Assembly: GCF_001194135.2 (NCBI RefSeq)
Contig: NC_068985.1
Location: 68,594,587-68,642,502, forward strand
Length of the DNA: 47,916 bases
Direction: 5' to 3'
From: Octopus bimaculoides
Lineage: Eukaryota
Positions 37,555-47,916 of the stretch are shown piece by piece; the first letter of the stretch is position 1; each line of letters opens with the position of its first letter. Under the pieces are notes generated by a model, which did no database searches, was not told the origin of the DNA, and saw nothing but the letters and a program-made list of their open reading frames with translations. The translations under genes and the position numbers were made by a program.

Positions 37555-37765
37555 ACACAAGAACACACACAAACACACACAAACACACGCACACACATAG
37601 ATACCGACACATACACATACACATACACACACGTACATACACACACGCGCACATCCATACACATACGCATACATACACGCGCATACATATAGATGCGTGA
37701 GTGTGTTGTGTGTGTGTGTGTGTGTGTGTGCATGTGTGTGTGTGTGTGTGTATGTTTGTGTACTC
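37555..37765. repeat. Compound (CA)n/(TG)n microsatellite
   Basis: Directly visible; CA-rich and TG-rich halves face each other. Confidence 0.85.
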
Positions 37766-38849
37766 AATAGCTGCTGAACAAAATTAATAGAATGAAAGTA
37801 TAATCACAGATGGTAAGATATGATAACATGATTCGTCATAACCTTTTTTCAAATTTCTAATTTTAATTTTCACAATAATCGGGAAAAGGGGAAAATCTGT
37901 AGAAGAGTAGACAAAACCCCATCAGTTACGAAAAGAGAAAAAGTTGTTTTGATTTCAAATACTCCTCAGTGATAAAATAATACAAGTTATATTCTTCCAT
38001 GAAATCTAATCAATTCTTGCTTGCACCAGAAAAATTGGTAAGTTACAAATCATAATTATATTCACACATTCAGCGGCCGAAAATTATGAATTTCAGAATC
38101 TAATCGGAAGGATCCATGTTCTATCCCACCGCCTGGCAACATTAGCATCTATACTTTACTATCAGCTTGAGACGAACCATGTCTTGTGGATGTTTATCCC
38201 ACCAAATACAGCAGTAAGCTTACACGCGTCAGTGGAAAACTCAGCCACTCATAAGTTAAATTATATTGTGCAGGTACAGAGGAGATTATTTACTGAGGTG
38301 TTCCGTCAATTCTCGGATGTGTCAGGCGTTTTAGTTGAAATAACGCCTTCAAACAGGTTATCAAAATTGTACTTTTGTATTGTCTGGTTATTTCCATTGC
38401 AGTGATAGTAGATATAATGCATACGCATCTATTTCTGAACCAGTTGGCTTGATAATTATTTCACAATATTTCTTGGAAATCTAACATTTGCAATTTGAAG
38501 AGGACTTCATATAAACATTTGAAAGTGAAACTTTCAAAATAAAGCTAATTTTCTATTTTCCATTTCATTTGACAACGCGTCCTTGTATATGTGTATGTGT
38601 ATTTATGTGTTTGTGTGTGTGTATGTGTGTGTTTGTGTGTGGGTATGTGTGTGTGTGTGTATTGAGAGAGACAAATAGAAGGATCGAGAGAATGGTAGAT
38701 AGATAGTTATAATAGAAGATCAGAAGATGAGAACAAAGTGACAGGCAAAAATATTTTACTATTTCTGTAGTGGTTACAGTTCTATCATACTTTTCGCTTG
38801 GTTACATCATTAACCGCTACTAACACTGTGTCAGTTACGGCAACGAATT

Positions 38850-39391
38850 TGCCACTTGATCCAATCATCGGAACGTTCTACACGAGAAATTAACGGGAAT
38901 ATGGCTGAGCACTCCACAGACACTATCATTTATAACGACGACAGTTCCATTTCATCAATCAACGGAACAGTCTGTTTGTGAAGTTAACGTGTAAGTGGCT
39001 GAGCACTCAAAAGCCATGTGTACCTTTAATGAAGTCCCCTGGGAGATTCAACGTGCCACAGAAAGAAACAACAGTGGCCCCATGAATTACAGGTACAACA
39101 CATTATCTGCCAAGGACACAAAGCGCCGCCGAGTATCGAACTCACGACCTGATGATCATGAGCCGAATACCTGACGTACACGATTCACCATGACACGGGC
39201 AGTGACAAGGCTGGGTATTTGAAAGACAAGCATAATCATGTTTGCCACCTGCGTGGGCTAAAGTATATATTGATCTGGCAATAATAAAGTATCTTGCTCA
39301 AGAACACAACATGCCACCCCACTCGGTACCGACCTCACGGCCATAGGAAAGTGAGCTGCATATCCCTAATTACTGAGTTACACGCCTTCAC
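38850..39391 (-). mobile_element. Cluster of partial tRNA-derived SINEs (family 3) in the same orientation
   Basis: ggctgagcactc occurs twice. Reverse complements include gtgagttcgatactcggcggcgc..gtgtccttgg and gtgaaggcgtgtaactcagtaattaggg..ttgagcaagatactttatt. Confidence 0.7.
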
Positions 39392-41844
39392 CTCATTAAC
39401 TGTGATACTTTGGTACATATAAAATATATTCATACATATGTATGACACACCCACACACAATAAGTTTTAAAATATATACAAGCATGAACAAACAAGAAAC
39501 AAACACTGAAGTTCGCCAAATCCCATATATATGTGGATGCAGATGATAAAATATAACCGTATGATAATACAATAATATGCAGAAGAGAAGAAATTTTTCC
39601 TGAAATAGTATTCCGATTATATAGAATACTCAGTTCCTGAGCTAAAATGACTACTGTGAATGTCGTTTGATTCTTTGAATATAATTTCTATTATATGAAC
39701 ATGTTTCAACCTGTCTGATGCATCCTAGAGTCACGACGCTTACCAAATATTCCGTTTAGTATAGATAATGCCATTAGACGCTGGCAACACCGTGACTCAC
39801 AGACCTAACAATAAAATACCGAGCTACTATTAAAACCTGAAACTAAATTAACGTACTTTATCAACAAAATTTTCGTGTTCGCTGTTATGATAAACAAATG
39901 TTAAATTTGCAAGAACAGAATTTTCAAAGGAGAAATATTTGTCACACACCTAATTTTTTGAGATCTTGAGTTGTATTCCAGTAATACTTGAGAAAGTAAG
40001 TGACAGAACTGATAACAACATTTTCACAGGATATACGAAGAGATGTTGGTTTTACATGACAACTATATTTTTACAGGATATAAAATGAATGAGGCACAAA
40101 TGTTCGTGTTTAGTAATCAAGCGACGCACATTCTCGACCATAAAAGAAATATGACTATCAATACCTCTGTATGTCACTTATCACCTATGATGATCTCTCC
40201 AAATATCCCGGAGCGGAGGAGAATTTTGTATGTTAGTGCTGTAAATGAAGCTTTAGTTACAAACAGAACATTTCATCATACTCGGGAATCAATAGTAGTC
40301 AGAGCTGTTTACATTCAATGAAATTATATACTAGAACGCTTTTGCAGTGCGCATGGCTCCAACCAACTTTGGGGTTACTAGATGAAACACTTGAATAAAT
40401 ACACAATTTGGATATCAAGACAAGAAAAATGCTAACAACGATGAATATATACTATATTAGCAAGCGTATTGAGCAGATCCGCATTAACCGAAGGTTTAGA
40501 GCGAGAGGCATAAGGCCTGTCAAGATGTTATTTAAGAGCTGAATCGTATTATTTACAAAGCACTAAAGGGACACTAAAGGGCACCAAAAGATTAAATGCA
40601 TAAATCAATTCATTAGAAAAAGCAAACAAAACGGAGAAACAAATAGATGAAAGGTTTTGAGTGGTTGGCATGAAACCCGCTGAAAGAAACGCATATGTGT
40701 ACACGTATATGAGAATGCATGCGTGTTGTGAAGAAATAAGCGCGTGTGCGCTTACGACAGTTTACACGCACAAATACACATAGAATAAGATACAGTAAGG
40801 ACAGTTGTATTTACAGTAATTGTAATATTCATGCATTTTCAAATTTCTGAAATGCATTGGCCATGTCAAGTAAATAATCTTCAAACGTAGTCTGAAACAA
40901 ATTTACAGATTTAGTTTTCATTTAACTATTTTTTTTCTTATCAATATTTGATAAACTCTGTTTGCCAAATATTGAAATTTCTACTTCAATTTGTGGATTC
41001 GTATTTTGCATTGATCACCAGGATGCTAGCATTGTTCTTTAACCATTGTTGTATGCATAGAACAATGGCGAAACGTTTGAATTGCTTGTAGTTACGTGGA
41101 GCTGTCTATAATCAAACTGTCTGTGGCTTTTAACCCTCTACAATGTTATATTGTCATCTCACTAAAATTACTTTCTCTGTTTCTTTTCATTGCATCTCTA
41201 CATTATTTCTTCAATCTCTTTCTCGAATCTTTCCTACACTTTTCTTACACTCTTCTTCACTCTTTTTCTTTCTCTCTCTATATATTCTATTATTTCCTTA
41301 ATCTCTTTCTTACATACCCGCTTCATTTGTCTTACATTTCATGCCCTCTCCCACTCACTTTTTTTAACATTGTCTCCATCTATCTCCTTTATATGTGTTT
41401 CACATTTATAACCCTCACTAGTTCTAAATCTTTAATATCTTTCTTTCATCATTCTCGCTGACTGCGAATTTATTTCTCTTCTCATCACTCACTTCATCAC
41501 TCTCCCTTGTACGATGTGTGCATTCATCTAATTTGCCGTCGACGCTATTTCTATTACTCCACAATACTTTCATTCTTCACTAAGTTTTCCCTTTTAATGG
41601 CCTCCAGCGAAATTTACTTCTGACAAATTCTCAGAAAATATGTAATTTGTACCAATTCCCTAGATTATTTGTCAGCGTGTTTTCTTCAATCAGGTCAAAA
41701 GTTACCCGTTTTATTTTACAGTTGATTAGCAATAAAATTCACAAAAATTATTCCTATATACAAAATGCAGTGATTGGTACCCTCAGGAAAAACGACAATA
41801 TTTTATTGAATATTTCTGTAAATAATTAAATTCATTTCGATCTC

Positions 41845-41900
41845 TTACTACTTCCAATTTTATCGGCTTCGGAAGGATGAAAAACCAAAGTTCACCTCTC
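41845..41900 (-). mobile_element. SINE family 2 fragment
   Basis: tttatcggcttcggaaggatgaaaaaccaaagttcacctc resembles tttatcggccccgaaatgatgacagtcaaagtcaac at about 32269. Confidence 0.45.
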
Positions 41901-42677
41901 AGTAAAATTTCTTCTCATTGAAACATAACTAAACAGTATAGTACACTCAGCTCGACATTCCACATGACAACTATATTTTTACAGGATATAAAATGAATGA
42001 GGCAAAATATTTAAAAATAGAGTCTAAGTAGATATAAATCCAGTGTGTCTTTTGTTTTAACTGTCACTGTAAGGAAGGCGTTTTGTTCCCGTGCGTGATA
42101 ACCTTATATCTGTATTCTATGATTTCCATCTTATAGTTATAGTAGTCAACATGCTTATCTTTATTCTTGAGTATCATTACGGTGTTTACTTGAGTTAAGC
42201 ATGTTCTTTGTTCTTACAAAGTATTTTAATGAGACACAGAATATTATACTGCTCCGTATCGAGTGTTATAATTAATATAGTTATAAAAAACTACGAGATA
42301 CGTTCATCACGCTGCTCTCGATTTGAATCTTTATACGAAATTTCTTTTCAAAACTGCTGAGACGTTACATTTCAATTATTGATGAATCTCACGATTTCAA
42401 CATGATATCAGACACATTACACGAATATTAACAGTATATGTTTATCTGTCAACAAATACATCTTCAAAAAGAGTGGGAAAATGAAAAGCGCAGTAGCTTA
42501 CCAAAATGAACTAATAGCAAAAGTGAATGGCATAGTAATTATCTGATGGAGTTGGCCGGATTATTACTAGATTAATATTAGTGGAAAATTCCTATATGTG
42601 GCATTTTCATGCATCCTTGCACTGTGTAAAGTAATTAACTAATTTTATTTGAAAAGAATACAGTACTATGTGTGTAT

Positions 42678-42720
<43 letters not shown>
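42678..42720. repeat. (CA)n microsatellite
   Basis: Perfect run. Confidence 0.95.
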
Positions 42721-42722
<2 letters not shown>

Positions 42723-43477
42723 TACTCAATCTAAATTTACACAAGAAATCGTGTGAAAACTTTGCATAGTTAACATAAATTTAGTTTAAATTGAGTGTTA
42801 TATTTCATATGAATATTCTCCGACTAGTCTGTTAGCCACACAGGTGTATTCATAAATTCGCTTCACTTTCATTTAACATTTAAGCACATTATAGAAGCAG
42901 AATTTGTGTTAATGTACAAGATATTCCATTGATCTTCTTATAGTCTAAGTCTTTTCAAAACATTAATCAACAACTTTTAAACGTTTATAAATAACGGTAA
43001 TAGAAATTGTAGTTTCCATATACAATCATTGCATAGAACAACTTATATTCGGTAGTGTGCACACAAATGTTATTATACTTGGCATATAAAATCACTAATA
43101 TTTACTATGTATTATGTATAACATTAGCACAAATTCTTTCCCGTATAATACATTTAAGTTGCAGGTAATAATATATATTAATCATACATCTGTTCTCAAC
43201 TACGGCATCGTTTTGATATTTGGCTTACATGCGATGCGTTATAAAGCTCGATAATCTGAAAATTTATGTTCCTCTCAAAGCGCATGAGAAACATTCTGCT
43301 AGAAATGAACTAAAACATAATTGAAATGAGTGACATATGTGTATATAATTTAATTGAGTTGTGGGACAAATTACTGACACCGAACGGTTGGTAAAAAGTG
43401 AAAAGGAGTTGTAAACATTTCCGAAAAATAATTTGGCAAATATAAATAAAAATTGCTATAATAGAGTAAGACTATGT

Positions 43478-43618
43478 ATGCAAGTAAGTAAGTAAGTATG
43501 TATGTATGTATGTATGTATGTATGTATGTATGTATGTATGTATGTATGCATGCATGCATGTATGTATGTATGTATGTATGTATGTATGTATGTATGTATG
43601 TATATGGATGTATGTATG
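43478..43618. repeat. (TATG)n microsatellite
   Basis: Long near-perfect run. Confidence 0.95.
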
Positions 43619-43631
43619 TCTCTTCTATTTT

Positions 43632-44355
43632 TTTATTATTATAATAAATCTTCCACTGAGGAGTGAGCCTGTTTCCAACAAAGTTACAAGGTTCCATCTT
43701 TGGGATTTAGTTAACACAGATAAATTCACATTTGGAACTTGCGATAGGTCTTCCATATTTTTACTCTTCCGCTCACAGATTGCACTTGTAATGTACGAAT
43801 TAGCCGGTCGACTTCTCTTTCTGAAAATCCCAGTTTATCCTGATTCTCTTTTATGCATTTACTAATAAAACCTAGTGCTCCAATTATAATAGTCTGGATA
43901 TAGAAGCTGGAAGTTTCGAAACAGTTGTCCATAGATATTCTCTTTTCCTTTGATTTTCAAAGAGATATTTATATCTGCAGGGTATCTGACCTCTATGATG
44001 GTACGTACCTTTGACCCTCTGCCCAAAAGAACAATATGCGGCCTGTTATGTTTACATTTGACAGACGTTTTGATGGGAATATTTCACTGGTATTCCTTGG
44101 GTTGGTGTTTATAAATGTATTCCATAACAGAGAGATAATCTAACCTTACTTCGGGACAGTGTTTTTTTTTTTGCAGATGGCATTATAAATTCTTTTAGCA
44201 ACAACATCGTGCCGCATAGGGAGGTAGTACCGTGACGATATTTCAGGACAGCTGCTAATCACACGCGTGATGTCTTCCACAGGAACATGACATAGCCTAC
44301 ACATGCGGTTGTATCTTGGGATTAAAACAATGTCTCTGTCTCTCTCTTGCTCGTC
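43632..44355 (-). mobile_element. 5'-truncated non-LTR retrotransposon with restriction-like endonuclease (R4/Dong-like)
   Basis: Minus strand gives CRLCHVPVEDITRVISSCPEISSRYYLPMRHDVVAK (CCHC finger plus RHD), WNIPIKTSVKCKHNRPHIV..IEVRYPADINI (PD-(D/E)xK-type) and IIIGALGFIS..LQVQSVSGRVKIWK, with a TAA-rich tail. Confidence 0.85.
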
Positions 44356-45906
44356 AGGTACTTTGTATGTATCTATGTATGTATGTCTGTATGTATATAC
44401 GCATACATATATATGCATGTATGTATGCGTATATATATTTATGTGTGCATGTGAGTGTGTATGTGTGTGTATGCGTATGCATGTGTATAGACATACATAC
44501 ATCGAAATAAAAAAATATTAGGTTCTGTATGTATATATATATATATNNNNNNNNNNNNNNNNNNNNNNNNNNNNNNNNNNNNNNNNNNNNNNNNNNNNNN
44601 NNNNNNNNNNNNNNNNNNNNNNNNNNNNNNNNNNNNNNNNNNNNNNNNNNNNNNNNNNNNNNNNNNNNNNNNNNNNNNNNNNNNNNNNNNNNNNNNNNNN
44701 NNNNNNNNNNNNNNNNNNNNNNNNNNNNNNNNNNNNNNNNNNNNNNNNNNNNNNNNNNNNNNNNNNNNNNNNNNNNNNNNNNNNNNNNNNNNNNNNNNNN
44801 NNNNNNNNNNNNNNNNNNNNNNNNNNNNNNNNNNNNNNNNNNNNNNNNNNNNNNNNNNNNNNNNNNNNNNNNNNNNNNNNNNNNNNNNNNNNNNNNNNNN
44901 NATACACATACATACGAGACAGAGCACAAAGAATGCTCTCAACAAATAAACACGTATCTTATTTGATCACTTATATATATTGATTTGTTTGCGTCCATCG
45001 AGATTTAGATTATCCAATTTGAATTTGATTTTAATTTGAAATTGGTTGCGAGATCTCTTTTGTAATGTGTACGAACGAAATTTCTTTCAATATGTTTCAA
45101 AATCTCTACTAATCAAAATTCCAAAAGTTCTACCCTTCGAAATTCCGCCATAATTTCTGTGCACAGAAAATGTTGTCCACATACATTCAACATAAATTCA
45201 GTTAACTAATATATTTGCTTAAAAGGAGTAATAAAATGCAAAAATAATTGTGAATCATTTAATGAAATGTATAAATGAAACATTTGAGGAACAGCTACTT
45301 ACCTGATACTTCTCAAGAATTCAATAGATATTTGAAGTTATTATTTAAACTTATGTACTTATTTACCTATTTATTTATCGTGTGCTGAAGCTCCACCCTG
45401 TATTGTTCAATAATTTCATCTGCGTTAAATGTTCTTGTAATGTGGTGCATTTACGAATACCTGTTCATTAATTAGAAACTGGTAGTTTTTAGTTTCTTAA
45501 GTTCGAAAATGCTTACGTTAGAACATTTCTCTTGTCTGCTACATCGCTCCTTCATTTTTATGTTTCACTTTAACATAAGTGCTTTAGAAATAAAAGCAAA
45601 ATAACATAGAAACATAAAGGATGAATACTGAATGTACAATTTCGTCGTCACATACAGCTTCAAAAACGTCGATGATAATGGAGGTCTGTATTAACATCAA
45701 AGCATTAAATCATTTCATCTTAAGAACATATGCAGATTATTTATTGTATTGAACGTTTCTATCAACTCTGTATATTGTCTCACAATATTTTCAGAAATGA
45801 AAGTGACAAACAGAAATGAAGGATTTGGAAAAAACAGTCGTGATGGTTTTGTGTATAGTTTCTTGGAACACATTATGCAAAACCTTATCTGCTATGAATA
45901 TTATTG

Positions 45907-46400
45907 TCATTTATTTGGCAGTGGTACAAACACATATTGAAACGATGACACGGTAATGTATATTTGATTTATAAATCTTTGGTTCCAAAGATACGGTGAT
46001 GATATAAGTGTCCAACCCAGAATTAGCACACGTTTTTTAAGGCATCCATGCCGTTCTCTGTTGCAAACATAAGCATTCACGCCTGGCCTTTGATACACTA
46101 CCGAATGCTTTGTAATATCAATTGCTTGAAATAAATTGAGAGTATCAGGAAATTCATGAGTTCCATATGCAGGAATCATAAAAGAATCATTTCTCCAATT
46201 AAGAGAAAGATTGGATATAATTGTAACTTTTTGTTGTGTTTCATCTTCGACTGTAGCAGATGGTACTGAGTTACGTGTACGTGTAGCTTCTTCAATTTTA
46301 ATTGATGGAAGTATACAATAAGTAGGTTCCTTTCAGTCATTCGTTGCACTTGATGTTGGCTGCGTTTGTGGTTTGTAGGGAGGCATAACATTCTTTCCAT
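45907..46400 (-). other. Unidentified protein-like reading frame (possible exon or pseudogene)
   Basis: About 140 stop-free codons (46330-45907), extending about 20 codons further past one in-frame TGA; normal amino-acid composition; no family recognised. Confidence 0.3.
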
Positions 46401-47884
46401 GTCAGAAGAGAAAAAAAAAAACATTTTTAAGAAAAAGTGTTCAACAGGTATAATAAAATGCCTACACCTCGTTTTATGGGGTTAAACTGGCAAAATCTAT
46501 TGTTTTCATCACCTTCTCTTTAAAAATTAATGTCGAGACAATTATACAGTAGAAATAAAGGAATAAAATTGACGTGCTTCAAATTGATATAAACACTTTT
46601 TTTAAAAATGTTTACATTTTGGTGAGGACAAATGATATTGAAATTTAATATTACAATTCACCAGGTTGTCTAAATTGTTCCTGCCCTCAATATACTATAT
46701 ATTCTATAATTATTATTTTCCCTTGCATTTGTTAGTATTTACAAGGGTTTTTTTCTCGAATCGTCTGCATTAAATCACTTCATAAATAATGTAGGAGCGT
46801 TTTTGAATCTAAGGATAATCAGAATATCACATTCTTTGTTTGTGAAGGCGATTGACTGACACTGATTTAGAATATTGACGCAGCATTTTGCAGAGTTACC
46901 CTTGAAAATTTACCTTTTGGTCTCAAAGCTCGTCAAGATTAACATTAGCGTCCATATTTGAGGTTTAAATATTGAAGATAACACAAAGTATTAGTTAAAT
47001 GTTAAGACTGATATAATCTAGTATAATTTATGTCGCAGTTTAGAAACACATTCTTTACTTTAAGGGTGAATTTTTCAATCAGTGGAATTCATTATGCAGA
47101 ATTTTTGTGAGTCGTTTTTCATGGCTTCGATTCTTACAGAATCTCACGTCACTAGTTCCAAATATGGCAGGGAATATTGGTAGCTTTCTCTTGTCAAACG
47201 AAGGTATTTTTTCTATCACGGTTTAACATAGTCACCAAAGAATTTTATGCATACTAGTGAAATTCTGCGCATTCATTGTGACGAATGCATGTCTGACATG
47301 ACTGCGTTCTTGCGGATACTCGATCGCAAGTTCGAATTAATTTCAAATTAGTATATCTATTTTAGTAAGTGTAAAATTTGCAGAATGTGTATTTAAGAGT
47401 ATGTGTGTGTGTGTTTACACACACACGCGCGCGCATGCACATATAAATATGTGTGTATAAATATGTATATATATTTATGCAAACCCACCAAATATATGTC
47501 TGTGTGTGTATGTGCAAGTGTATAAACATATGCAAATGTTGTTTTTCATTTTACCAGTTGTATTTACAGATCTATGCGTTCGCTTATGTATTGCTGCCTT
47601 GACTTCGAATAAAATGTGTTTAAATAGGTTGAGACGTTTGTAAATGATGTGACAGAGGAAAGTTTTGAATTCATATCTTGATTATGAAATGGTTTCAATT
47701 CGTTAATATTTTCAGTTCGCATTCCTTGAATCAGTGCAATTAATCGATCGAATATTTAGGTTTGTTCACGTATCTAATATCATTAAAAACGAAACAATGT
47801 TTCATTAACTGGATTTCCTTAATAAATACTGTAATAAACTGCCAATAATTTTCCGTAAAATAGTGTCGTAGAAAGATGTATGCT

Positions 47885-47916
47885 ATACAATATATATATA
47901 TATATATATATATATA
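47885..47916. repeat. (TA)n microsatellite
   Basis: TA run at the window end. Confidence 0.9.

Noticed and set aside
37984-38405. ~125-codon plus-strand frame around 38040-38405
   Set aside because: No recognisable domain or convincing paired splice sites; cannot be supported without expression data
43371-43865. ORFs rich in YIHT/MYVC/CVCV/HTHT (also 1407, 20203, 30474, 35881, 37507)
   Set aside because: Translations of (TATG)n, (CA)n and (TA)n microsatellites, which lack stops in some frames

Overview
AT-rich, repeat-dense, gapped animal genomic DNA. The SINE families, compound (TA)n/(TG)n/(TATG)n microsatellites and transposon complement strongly resemble an Octopus (coleoid cephalopod) assembly; this is inferred from recognising repeats, not from a search. 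No intact host gene was identified and the window looks intronic or intergenic. Recognisable content is decayed mobile DNA: two RTE-clade LINE fragments, an R4/Dong-like restriction-endonuclease LINE 3' end, several Tc1/mariner elements and MITEs with visible TIRs and TA target duplications, three tRNA-derived SINE families, and a Ty3/gypsy LTR element. The most unusual structure is at 24.5-29.1 kb. The gypsy 5' LTR (TGTTG...CAACA, about 210 bp) is split about 31 nt downstream of its TATA box by a ~4.3-kb insert flanked by a 32/34-bp direct duplication. The insert holds two divergent, head-to-tail, RT-less retroelements that encode only an ORF1/Gag-like CCHC zinc-knuckle protein (three copies in total). 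They share a 3'-UTR stem-loop conserved in position and structure but not in sequence. Minor oddities include a 140-bp fold-back hairpin, a perfect 43-bp repeat 1.9 kb apart, and an unidentified protein-like frame near 46 kb. All coordinates and alignments were read by eye.
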